A stretch of 64,000 bases of DNA from the human T2T-CHM13v2.0 reference genome, Homo sapiens. The stretch lies in NCBI RefSeq assembly GCF_009914755.1, contig NC_060937.1. The stretch is one strand, 5' to 3'. The notes under the pieces were generated by a model that saw only the letters and a list, made by a program, of their open reading frames with translations, did no database searches and was not told the DNA's origin. Positions 14,812-28,830 of the stretch are shown in pieces (position 1 is the first letter of the stretch; the number at the start of each line of letters is the position of its first letter). The position numbers were made by a program, and so were the translations under genes.

Positions 14812-15184
14812 GTTTCCTGTAGTTCAAATGATCCACTACGAGAATGTATATAAAAATTTTAATTAAAAGGTAATGCCATATACGTGACAATAGAAGGATT
14901 CTTGTTTAAAATTCCATGTTATGCCTTTTCAATTAAATTATCTTTATAATTCTTCTTTATATGTGAAAATGACTCTTAAGGTACATTAAAAACGACAATT
15001 CAACTTTGAGATAAAATGTATAATTTTACCTATTGAGTATTGTCTCTATGCTTGAGGACAAGTAAGTGTTAATTATGTTTACCATTTGTCATGGAATAAT
15101 TGACATCTTCTTTTCTCTTAAAACACATTATTTCTTTCTTTTTTATATGTGAAAATGACCATTAAGGTTCATTAAAAAGTCCTA

Positions 15185-16086
15185 AAGAAAATAACAATGA
15201 GATACAACTACACACCTATTACAATGGCCAAAATAGAGAACACTGACAACACTAAATGCCGACGAGGATGCAGAACAACAGGAACTCTCATTCATTGCTG
15301 GTGGAAATGTAAAACGATATAGCCATTCGGAAGACAGTTTGACAGTTTCTTACAAAACTAAGCAAATTCCTACCATATGATCCAGCAATCATACTTGGTG
15401 TTTTACCCAAATGACTTGAAAACCTGTGTCCTTAAGAACACTTGCACACAGATGTTTATAGCAGCTTTATTCAAAATTGCCCAAACTTGGCAGCAACCAA
15501 GGTGTCTTTCAGGAGGTAAATAGATAAATAAACTGTGGTACATCCAGACAATGAAATATTGTTCAGCACTCAACAGAAATGAGCTATGAAGCCATGAAAA
15601 GAAATAGAGAAAACTTAAATAGATGTTACTAAGTGAAAGAAGCCAACCGGAAAAGGTTACATACTGTATGATTCCACCTACGTGACATTCCAAAAAAAGG
15701 CAAAACTAGTGAGACTGTAAAAAGACTAGTGGTACAAAGGGTTTTGGAAGAGGATGAATAAATAGGCAGAGCACAGAGGATTTATAGGGCAATGAAAATA
15801 ATCTGTATGATACTATAAGGGTGAAAACATGCTATTATATATTTATCCAAACCCATAAACTGTTCAACACGAAGACTGAACTCCAATGCAAACTATGGAT
15901 TTTGGCTGATGATGTGTCCAGGTACATTCATTAGTTGTAACAAATGTACCCCTCTATGAGAGATGTCTATATTGGGTGAGGCTGTACATGTGTGGAGGCA
16001 GTGGGTATATGGGTATCTCTGTACCTGTCACTCAGTTTTGCTTTGAACTCAAAGGTGATGTAAAAAATAAAGTCTAATTTTAAAAA
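15185..16086 (+). mobile_element. Old L1 3' end (L1MC/L1MD-like)
   Basis: ACAATGAGATACAACTACACACCTATT ORF2 end through 3'UTR AGGCAGAGCACAGAGGATTT...AAAAAATAAAGTCTA. Confidence 0.85.
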
Positions 16087-16649
16087 ATCCTGAAGGAGGA
16101 AAATTACTTGAAAATAATTCAATTTAAGAGAGTGAACCCTGTTTGCATTTTTAATTTTTCTGTTAACTATATTATCTTTGATTTTTTTTAAACTCCGAAG
16201 GATTAAACTGAACATGTACAATTCCAGTTTCTATTTTCAGACTTAGATACCCCTCAACTGCTGTCAGCATGCTGTTAATTGAATGTTTGTGTGAAGAGGA
16301 TAGCGTTTTCAAAAGCAAGAGCAAAAACTCTGTTCTCAGCTGTTTGATTTTGGTCTCTTCTTTTTTTCAATATATCTAAAGCTGGTTATAACTATCTTTT
16401 CTCAGTGTCTATTAATTTTGGCTTTTGACTTTCTGTATGGCAACTTCACTGCGGTATGTCACTGTTTGTCGCTCTAATATGTTTATCTTCAATAACTTCA
16501 AATGGCATAGCAGTCTCTCTACCATCTTAAGATAATTTTTAAAAATATAGTTATAAATATAAAAAAAGAAAAATTAACTGTGAAATGGAATCTTCTTCAT
16601 ATACATTTGTCATTTTTAAAAGGTGTTACCATGCTAAGAAACAAATACC

Positions 16650-19600
16650 ATGTAACAGGAAGAGTCAAATCTGTAAGAAGTGAGAAGCCTCAAAAAATAA
16701 TTGGATACAGGATACCGGGAACATTGCAGAGTAGGAAGTAACAGAAATACTTTCTCCACCTAGACAATTTCACTGGAAAGATCTGATCTATTTGATTTAA
16801 CTATTTTGGAACTCTGGACTCTATTGGAAGCTTACAATGTCCAGGGGAAGGCTTGGACATAAATTGCAATTAATTTTTAGTTAATTTAGCTCTAAATTTG
16901 GCAGCAGATACATATTTCCTGCCCCCGACCCTCCCCAGTCTCATGACAGGCGATCTTGACCTTGCAGGAGGTTGGGGCAACCAAGAGGATAAGGACCCTG
17001 TTCTCCACATGTCAGCAATTTTATGTGTTCTGATCACAGCAGATTGCTGCTTTTAAGCTGCGGACACAGAGGCAGCTTGCTATTGTAAGTTCACTCCTCT
17101 ATCTGAAGCCAACTCTAGGGCATTTAAAGAACCAGTTACTGTTTATCTCACTGCATTTTGTTGTTGATGTTTTTCCCTTCTCAGAGCCAGACATTACAAG
17201 TATGAAATTCAAAAGCAATCACATATATCAAGGAAATTAGAAAGTCACCACACTGCCCAGGAAAGGAGCAGACTTATAAAAGACCTAAGAAGACTTGAAG
17301 TTTAAACCTCAGAACCTCAGGATGATTTTGGACACAGAGACAGCCTACAACAATTATATATTTAATAGAATAAATAATAATACATAATACTGATGTAATG
17401 ATAAAAGTAAATATATAATAGGTGAGAGATATATAATAAAGTATGTTTTTTACACACCTACACACATATAAAACTAGCAATTAGCAATATCCGGGAAGGG
17501 GAATTATCTGATTTCTAGAGTTACCACACTACTGCATTCAAACGTACATTTTTCAACCAAAATTTAACAAGGCATTAGGCACACAAAGAAAGGAATATAT
17601 TGCTCATTTAAAGGAAATGAATAAACCAACAGAAATTTTTCATAAAAAGACCTGATAGTGTCTGTTCATATCGTTTGCCCACTTTTTGATGGGGTTGTTT
17701 GTTTTTTTTCTTGTAAATTTGTTTAAGTTCTTTGTAGATTCTGGATATTAGCCCTTTGTCAGATGGTTAGATTGCAAAATTTTCTCCTATTCTGTAGGTT
17801 GCCTGTTCACTCTGATGATATTTTCTTTTGCTGTGCAGAAGCTTTTTATTTAATTAGATCCCATTTGTCAATTTTGACTTTTGTTGCCATTGTTTTTGGT
17901 GTTTTAGTCATGAAGTCTTTGCCCATGCCTATGTCCTGAATGGTATTGCCTAGGGTTTCTTGTAGGGTTTTTATGGTTTTAGGTCTTACGTTTAAGTCTT
18001 TAATCCATCTTGAGTTAATTTTTGTGTAAGGTGTAAGGAAAGGGTCCAGTTTCAGTTTTCTGCATATGGCTAGCCAGTTTTCACAACACCATTTATTAAG
18101 TAAGGAATCCTTTCCTCTTTGCTTGTTTTTGTCAAAGATCAGATGGTTGTAGATGTGTGGCATTACTTCTGAGCCCTCTGTTCTGTTCCATTGGTCTATA
18201 TATCTGTTTTGGTACAAGTACCATGCTGTTTTGATTACTGTAGCCTTGTAGTATAGTTTGAAGTCAGGAAGCGTGATGCCTCCAGCTTTGTTTTTGTTTT
18301 TGCTTTTTGCTTAGGATTCTCTTGGCTATATGGGCTCTTTTTTGATTCCATATGAAACTCAAAGTAGTTTTTTCCAATTCTGTGAAGAAAGTCATTGGTA
18401 GCTTGATGGGGATAGCATTGAATCTATAAATTATTTTGGGCAGTATGGCTGTTTTCACGATATTTATTCTTCCTATCCATGAGCATGGAATATTTTTCCG
18501 CTTGTTTGTGTCCTCTCTTATTTCCTTGAGCAGTGGTTTGTGGTTCTCCCTGAAGAGGTCCTTCACATCCCTTGTAAGTTGTATTCCTAGGTATTTTATT
18601 CTCTTTGTAGCAATTGTGAATGGGAGTTCACTCATGATTTGGCTCTCTGTTTGTCTATTATTGATGTATAGGAATGCTTGTGATTTTTGCACATTGATTT
18701 TGTATCCTGAGACTTCGCTGAAGTTGCTTATCAGCTTAAGGATATTTTAGGTTGAGACAATGGGGTTTTTTAAATATGCAATCATGTCATCTGCAAACAG
18801 AGACAATTTGACTTTCTCTCTTCCTGTTTGAATACCCTTTATTTCTTTCTCTTACCTGATTGCCCTGGCCAGGACTTCCAATACTATGTTGAATAGGAGT
18901 GGTGAGAGAGGTCATCCTTGTCTTGTGCCAGTTTTAAAGGGAATGCTTCCAGCTTTGGCGCATTCTGTGTGATACTGACTATGGGTTTGTGATAAATAGT
19001 TATTATTTTGAGTTATGTTCCATCAATTACCTTGTTTATTGAGAGTTTTTAACATAAAGGAGTGTTGAATTTTATTGAAGACCTTTTCTGCATCTATTGA
19101 GAAAATCATGTGGTTTTCGTCATTGGTTCTGCTTATGTGATGGATTACGTTTATTGATTTGAATATGTAGAATCAGCCTTGCATCGCAGGAATGTGGCTG
19201 ACTTGAGCATGGTGGATAAGCTTTTTGATGTGCTGCTGAATTCAGTTTGCCAATATTTTATTGAGGATTTTCACATCGATATTCATCAGAATTATTGGCC
19301 TGAAATTTTCTTTTTTTTGTTGTGTCATGACTCTGTCAAGTTTTGTTATCAAGATGATGCTGGCACTGTAAAATGAGTTAGGGAGGAGTCCCTATTTTTC
19401 TATTGTTTGGAATAATTTTAAAAGGAATGGTACCAGCTCATCTTTGTACCTCTGGTAGAATTCGGCTGTGAATCTGTCTATGTGGCCAACAAACATATGA
19501 AAAAAAGCTCATCATCACTGGTCATTAGAGAAATGCAAATCAAAACCACAATGAGATATCATCTCATGCCAGTTAGAATGGCAATCATTAAAAAGAAAGG

Positions 19601-22115
19601 AAAAAACAGATGCTGGAGAGAATGTGGAGAAATAGGAACGCTTTTACAGTGTTGGTGGGAGTGTAAATTAGTTCAACCATTGTGGAAGATAGTGTGGCAA
19701 TTCCTCAAGGATCTAGAACCAGAAATTTGACCCAGCAATCCCATTAGTGGGTATATACCCAAAGGATTATAAGTCATTCTATTATAAAGACAAATGCACA
19801 CATGTTTATTGCAGCACTGTTCACAATAGCAAATACTTGGAACCAACCCAAATGCCCATGAATGATATACTGGATAAAGGAAATGTGACACATATACACC
19901 ATGGAATACTATGCAGCCATAAAAAAGGATGAGTTCATGTCCATTGCAGGGACATGGATGAAGCTGGAAACCATCATTCTCAGCAAACTAACACAAGAAC
20001 AGAAAACCAAATAGTGCATGTTCTCACTCATAAGTGGGATTTGAACAATGAGAACACATGGACACAAGGAGGGGAACATCATACACTGGGCCTGTCGGGG
20101 GGTGGGGGGCTAGGGGAGGGATAGCATTAGGAGAAATCCCTAATGTAGATGATGGGATGATGGCTGCAGACAACCACCATGGCACGTGTGTAACTATGTA
20201 ACAAAACTGCACATTCCACACATGTATCCCAGAACTTAAAGTATAATAAAAAAAAAAAAAGAAAAGAACTGATGGAAGATCTGTTAGACAACTTTAAGAC
20301 AACCGTCTTTAAAGTGTTCAAAGAGCTAAAGAAAGACTTGGGAAAGGTCAGGAAAATAATGTATAAATAAAACAGAATATATTTATCAAATGTACACAGA
20401 ACATTTTCCAGTATACACAATATATTAGGCCACAATTTAAGACTCCCAAAAGTTTTAAAAGATTTGTATTATACAAAGTGTTTCAGCAACAGGATGAAGT
20501 TCAAAATCAGTAACAGAAGGAAAACTTTGTGGAAATTCAGCAGTACACTCTTAGAAAAAATCACAAAGGAAATTAAAAAAATAACTAGAGACAAATGAAA
20601 AGGAAAACAATACACACAAATTTAAGAGTCATCAGAAAGCAGTTTGTAGGTTGAAAGTTCAGATCAATAAATGCTTATGCTAAAAAACAATAAAGATCTC
20701 AAACTAACAACCTAACTTTAAAACTTAAGGAATAAGAAAAGGAAGAACAAACTAAACTCAAAAGTAGCATACGGGAGGAAATGATAAAATTAGAGCATAA
20801 ATAAATGAAACAGGCAATAGAAAAGCAGTAGAGAAAATCAATGAAACTACAACTTGGATTTTTGAAAAGATAAAATTAATAAACTTTTAGCTAAATAGAC
20901 TAATAAAAAAGTGAAAAGACAAATTACTCAAATCACAAATGCAATGACATTATTATCAATTCTAAAGAAATGAAAATGATTTTATAAAAACTCTTAGAAG
21001 AAAACATAGGGAAAATACTTTAAAACATTGGATTTGGAAATTTCTTGGATTTGACACTAAAAGCACAGGTAACAGTAGGAAAAATAAATTAGGATTCATA
21101 AAAATTAAAAAAATTGTGCAAAAACTTTCTATCAATAGAGTAAAAAAAGCACCCCTCAAAATATTAGAAATATTTGCAAACCATATATTATAAAACATAA
21201 ATAATATAAGGAATTGATATCCAAAAATACAGAGAACTCCTAAAACTCAACAACAACAAAACAAATCAAAAATGAGCAAAGAAACTAAATAGGTATTTCT
21301 CTAAAGAAGACTATACAAATGACCAAAGGGTATATGAAAAAATATTCAACATCAATAATCATTACAGAAATACAAATAGCAACAACACTGAGAATCAATC
21401 TCACATTCATTAAGATGGCTACTATCAAAAAAATAAAATAGCTAGTGTTAATGATGACACAGAGAAATTGGAACCCTTGTGCACTGTGAGTGCAAGCAAA
21501 AGTTACAGCTACTGTGAAAAACAGTACGGCAGTTCATCAAAAGATTATAAATGGAATTGCCCTATGATCTAGCAGTTTCATTCTGGGTATATAATATACC
21601 CCAAATAATTAAAAACAGGGTCTTCAAGAGGTAGGTATCTACACATCCATGTTAGAAGCAGCCTCATTCACAAAGCTAAAATACAGAAGCAACCCAAGTG
21701 TTCATTGATGAATGAATGAATAGCAAAATGTGATATAGATATACAATAGAACCTTAAAAGGAAAGAAATTCTGGTGTATGCTACAATGTGGATGACTCTT
21801 AAGGACATTATGCTAAGTAAAATAAATCACAACAAAAGAGATATTGTGCAATTCCACTTGTTTGAGGGACTTAGACCAGTCCCTCATTATCCAAATTAGA
21901 CAGATAGCAAGTAGAATGGTTACCAGGGGCTGGGATGAAGGGGGAATTGGTGGTTGTTGTTTAACCGGTATAGAGTTTCACTCAGCAACATGAAAAGCCT
22001 AGGGATGACCTGTGGCAATGTTTGCATAGCAGTACAATTGTACCTGATACCAAGGAAATGTACACTTAAAAATAGTTAATATGGTAAATTTAATGTTATA
22101 TGTATTTTACCACAA
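16650..22115 (+). mobile_element. Fragmented old L1 (L1M4/L1MB-like) hosting a younger L1PA
   Basis: L1M 5'/ORF1-like sequence before 17657 resumes at 20275; ORF2 pieces follow, ending in L1MB-type GTACACTTAAAAATAG...TATTTTACCACAAT. The left boundary is approximate. Confidence 0.7.
17658..20260 (+). mobile_element. L1PA7-like element, 5'-truncated with 5' inversion (17658-19479 antisense, 19480-20260 sense)
   Basis: ORF2 peptides on the minus strand (17846-18217, 18264-18692) then plus strand (19482-19730); poly-A tail; imperfect TSD AAAAGA(C/A)CTGAT. Confidence 0.95.
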
Positions 22116-22470
22116 TGAAATTTGACAAAATAGAATAAGCTGATAGTAATTTTAAAGAAGAAAATTTGATACCTACATCAAGTCCTTTCTAACTATCTTT
22201 TTCTGCTTTCCCAACCAAGGAGGGTGGGAGCTGGTATTTGAGTCAGAATCTGATTAAACCATTTTTTACAATTTAGTCAGTTCTCGGTATAGTAAAAAAT
22301 AACATTTCAGAAATAGCTTTCTTCAAATTGCCTGTTTTCTTCTTCAATAACCTAAAGACAACTAAGAAGGTTCATATTTATTAAGAGAGTTCTTTTTTTT
22401 TCAACCATGCCATGAGGGGAGCTGCTACATGCTGGTATGTGTACGTAGAGTTTATCTTAGTACCAAGACA

Positions 22471-22532
<62 letters not shown>

Positions 22533-22555
22533 CCCCTCCCTCCCACTCTCTCTCT
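22471..22555. repeat. Compound (TGTC)n(TC)n microsatellite
   Basis: Seen directly. Confidence 0.95.
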
Positions 22556-22764
22556 TCTTATAGCAACATGATGTATTTATAGTCTTTCAAGTCTAAAACA
22601 TCTTTCAACTTTGGTTTCATTAGAAATTTTCATTGAGATGAAAGGCAATAAAATAGATATAAATACAGATTCCTAGTCTTTTAAGTATATGTAGTTCTCT
22701 CTAGGGAAGCAGTACAACAAAATGTTAAATCAGCAGGCTTGGGTTGCTCAAACCCTGCACATTC

Positions 22765-23363
22765 TATAAGTAAGATCTTTCTTCCAACCTGGCCCTTCAC
22801 TATCTCCTAGAAGATTAAATGTGAGCCCTTGGGTTATTCTGCCTGAGTAGAGAGTTTTTGTATGCCTGAGGCTTGGGCCATGGGGTATCATGTTCATGAG
22901 AAAAATCATGCTAATAATGTATTTTACCATAAATATCTGTTTTTTTCTCTGGGTGGCTAGATTCTGGGTAACTGACTCTGGCTAGATTCTGAGTCATGTA
23001 GGTGCTGCATGCCTAGATGACTAAATCTTCTTACTCACACACGTAAGAAAAACACACACCCTGGACACCAAGGCTCAAATGAAAGTCAAAAATGCTTACC
23101 TGGTTGACACTCCTTCATACAATGTGTCACATATAGCTGCCAGGAAAACTGAGGCTTGTCTGTGTGATGCCATTAGAAGAGGACACTCAAAAACTTGCAC
23201 CTGATTTCTCCTGGACTTTACTCCATATACCACTCACTTTATTAATAATACGTGTATTCTTTAAATTTGATAAACTATAACCATAACGACAACAGCTTTT
23301 TTAAATTCTATGATTTTAGACAATTCATTGAGCCTAAGGGTGGTCTTAGAGATTCCTAATACA
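22765..23363 (+). mobile_element. MER21-family LTR
   Basis: TTTGTATGCCTGAGGCTTGGGCCATG, GGACACCAAGGCTCA and GGGTGGTCTTAGAGATTCCTAATACA terminus. Confidence 0.75.
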
Positions 23364-25653
23364 GTAGGATTTGCATATTTATTGATATTCCATGTCACTA
23401 TTAAAATAGCCTAAGCTCCCCACTCCATTTTAAACGAGCAATTTATCCTCATCTGATTTTTCTCCTTTCTTGTACTTTTTGCTTTTCTTAATCTACCATA
23501 TGGTATGTGAATCTAGGTAAGTCTAGTTGGCTTAATATTTTTCTCTTATTTTCAATGTAGCAGGGTAGGTGAGCTGATTGGTACCCTACTCACCACCTTA
23601 AGTCCTTTCACTGACAAACATATCATTTGGGACTACCTTTTGGGTTTGTTTGAAAATAAAAAAAAAAAACTTGCAATAAGCTTGAGACATAAACCATGCA
23701 TGCTAATCTGACTTTTACCAGAACTGTGCACTGGAAGATAGAGGGTCATTGGATAAATATTAGAAAGGGATACTTTGATTTGATTCTATTATTTTCCCTC
23801 ATATCTTTAGCTTATTGGTAACTGCAAGAACAGAAAGAGTAATTTGCAGCAGAAAATTTCGTCCTGCAGTGTCTGAAAGGTTATATCTTTAAATAGCACC
23901 AAATACTAAATAATATTCCAAATGACAAGGCTTTCAAAAGTGTCTTAAGTTCTTGGAAAGTAGAAGAATAGTGCTAATTAGTTCTAATTACTTGCAATCG
24001 ATATGTCAAAAGAGAAAGCACTCAATGCTTCTTGTTTCTTATTTTATTGGCCATGGGAACCAGTAAGCTGGGTGATCACAGTCCTTTCTTCTTCAGCTAA
24101 TGACTGCATGTGTCATTAGACAATTAATTCTTTATACTCTAGTTTTTCCATCTGCTTTGTAATGATGTTGACTTCAGAGGAATGCTATGACAAACAGTGC
24201 CATATTTTATGAAAATTACTTCTTACTATTAGTCTAGATTTAGTAATTTCTCATTATTCTGATGATAAATGTCCTTAAATAAAAATAGGTAGAAAACCTC
24301 AGAAGCAAGATGGCATTGAAACAGGTTGTGTAGGTTTATTGCAAAGTTGTGATTCTCTAGATCTTTCTGTTAAGTAATAGGACCAAATGATCACATTTAT
24401 AGTGGCACGCATAGTAGTTTATGAGTGGCAGTATATGTGTGAGTGTTTCCTTTGTGCTACTGCCTTACTATATCTAGGATGTAGGTACTTGACTTAGAGC
24501 AATGACCAGCACAATGTGAATCTTACTATTCATAATAATAAAATTATTTTTAGAATAACAAAGTTAATGTCAGTGTTTCTTCACAACTAAAGACTATTTC
24601 CTACAAATTCTAAGGGACAGCAATGCCAATATAAGTAGCTCCTAAATTCACAAAACCCAATCAGTTATTTACCCAATCAGTTATTGAAGAATTTATAGTC
24701 AATGTATTGATGTCATTTTGAGTAATTTACTGTCATTCAGCATGTAATTTTTCTAATTTACTTATTATCAAATGTATGACAGATGGGTCAAATTCATGGA
24801 ATGAATAACATAGCACTAATAGGCCTGCTTAATATCTTCCTTTCAAAATCCTGAAGATACTAAATTATCTTATGTAAATCTACCAAATTAGAAAATGAGG
24901 TATCTTAATAAAGAATTATTTTTCACACATCCATTGCATGTGAAGATACATACTCAAAGTAGAAATTTTATAATTACTCAATTAAAATAAACAAATCATA
25001 AAAATCTATTTTTAATTGAGTTATTTGATCTATTAACTTGCTTTAGCTATTCACCTTTAAACATAGTAATCTCTAGAATTTAAAAGACATTTCAACTAGG
25101 AAATCAAAACCATTATATTTTTGTAGTCTAATCAGCTGATGCTTAGTTCCTTGTGGTTTTCACTATTAATACAGCAATAGTTACAGCAAGAGTGATCATT
25201 TAGTTTGTGCTTATTATTAGAACATACTTTCTTAACAACAATGAGTGACTTAGGGGGAACTCTGTTCAAGGTTCATAGCTGAGAGAACTAAAGCTAAGAG
25301 CATACAAGCAGTAAGTAACAGAAATGGAATGCTCAGCCTAAGCCAAAGCCATACAACTCTAGAAATAGCACTGTGAACCACTTCACTATGCCTTTCTTAT
25401 GTATTGCCAAATCCTATACCTTAGTCATATTCACTGCAAAATGAATGACTGGCTTTCATGATACTGACATTGAGAATTAAATGTTCAATGTATTTTTATA
25501 TTAAAGCCATAGTTGATTCACGTTTTATAAGACATTAATGCTACCATTCATTTAGTCATTTATGAATTCATTATTTTATGGCTAATGATGAATGAGCATC
25601 CAATACTGATCAACACTTTAACTTGGGTTAAAAAGATTTTGCAAAGTTGCTAT

Positions 25654-26357
25654 GATATAATAAATAGATAGAAGATATATAATTATATATATAATGATAT
25701 ACCTTTTATGTCTTATATAATTATATAGTATATATATACTATATATATACTATATATATACTATATATATACTATATATATACTATATATATAGTATATA
25801 TATAGTATATATATACTATATATATAGTATATATATAGTATATATAGTATATATATAGTAATAATAATATATATATAATTATATATGTAATATATAACAA
25901 AATAATATACATTATATAATTTATATATTTTATAATTATATATAATATAATAAATAATGTCATATATTACATAATATATACAATATACAATAGCTATATA
26001 ATATATAATATATACAATATTATATATTATATTAATATTATATATTATATAATATGCAATATATAATATATAATTATATATTACATATTTTATATAATTA
26101 TGTATATTACATAATATATATAATTATGTATAATTATACATAATTATATATATTTAATATATATAATTATGTATAATTATACATAATTATATATATTAAA
26201 TATATATAATTATGTATAATTATACATAATTATATATATTTAATATATATAATTATGTATAATTATACATAATTATATATATTAAATATATATAATTATA
26301 TATGATATACCTTTTATATCATATATAATTATATATCTTCTATCTATTTATTGTATC
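25654..26357. repeat. AT-rich palindromic array with 37-bp terminal inverted repeats and a 43-bp minisatellite
   Basis: Arms 25654-25690 and 26321-26357 are reverse complements with 1 mismatch; four 43-bp units at about 26116-26290; perfect palindrome at 26140-26299. Confidence 0.95.
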
Positions 26358-26424
26358 TTCTGTTTTATTCAGCAATGTAATGAAATGTTACTTGTGCTAA
26401 CTTATTCAAACCTATTAATGGCCT

Positions 26425-26580
26425 ACTCGTAGGTACAACTATTTGCCCCATTTCACAGATTAGACTAATCAAGAACAGAGAGGTTAAACAAATTACCTAG
26501 GGTCACTCAGCTAATAAAAGGAAGAGGTAAGGTCTGAAGTTAGTACACAGGCAGCAAAGTCCATCTCCTTAATGTTCAGG
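26425..26580 (-). mobile_element. MIR relic
   Basis: CCCCATTTCACAGAT...AGAGAGGTTAAACAAATTACCTAGGGTCACTCAGCTA MIR core. Confidence 0.7.
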
Positions 26581-27765
26581 AAGAAAGATCAAGATACATA
26601 GAGAAGACAAGGAACTAAAAAAAGCAATGATATACTGAATAGTAGTTTTCAGATATTTTATTTGAAACAAAAAATACCCAATAGCAGAATATAATGTTCT
26701 TGTTTAGATTTTAAAGAAATACTTTTGGTATATTTTTGTAAAAGTGTTTATTTTTTATTTGTGCTATATTTTATTTCAAACTGATTAATTCTTTGATTAA
26801 ATAATTCAATGTAAAATTATTTAAGTAGAGTTTTCCATGAAATAAAATATAGTTTATATGTAGACAATTTTTAAAATAATTTATTATAGATAATTTCTTT
26901 TAAATTATCTAAAATATATGAACGATAAGCAAACTCTTCAAAATCAAAGCACATAGTATCTTTCCGAGTGTCTTGGATTATTTCTCAAAATTTTAATTGT
27001 AACCATCAGTTAGACACTATATTTATAAGCATCAATTTTTTAGCCTTATAATTCCACAATTTTGTAATGGATATATTAAAATTTAATATTTAAATTTGGG
27101 AATAATGAAGCTAATTATCTAACACTGACAATTGGTTTCTCAATTGCGTTCCCTCTGTGTACTTTATTTGGTACCAATGAGGAACAGAAGGAGAAGCTAA
27201 GCAATAAAAATATTTCAAAGGATTTGACATATCCCAATTTAGTACTTACTATCTGTCAGAGACTAGGTTGTGATTTAAATTTTTGATATCTTGTTTGCAT
27301 GATAAAGAAGGTGAAAATAGGTTCTTATTAGTTCTTTCACATTGCAATGATTTTTCTGTCTACATAGATTTTTAATGAAGAAATTAGTAATTAGGAATGT
27401 TCTGAAGCTTCTTTACAATGGCACTACTAATAAGGATAATAAGGCTAAATACTCATGTTTACAACTAAGAGTCTTTTGATATGTTATGAAAAAATATTCA
27501 AATATCCCATATTATATATGATTTCAGGGTTAAGTCCAAAAATTGAATTTTTTTATTTTATTCAAGAAATAGTGTGTAAAAAGAAACTGATAAATTGTGT
27601 ATTCTTATGTTACTTCAAATTGCAAGGAAAAGAAAATTATAAGTCCACAAAATTGGAAATTTATTATATGTTTGTGTGATAAGAAACCACATTAAAAAAC
27701 ACACATTAATAGTAGCAGATTATTTAGACACTGAAGATCAAATGCACACATTCATTTAAAAAGTA

Positions 27766-28830
<1,065 letters not shown>

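Noticed and set aside
25772-25963. Ile/Tyr-rich ORF
   Set aside because: Translation of the AT simple repeat.
26116-26290. Regularly spaced palindromic repeats as a CRISPR-like array
   Set aside because: Linkers are 7-bp near-identical AT sequences rather than unique spacers; primate DNA; no cas genes.
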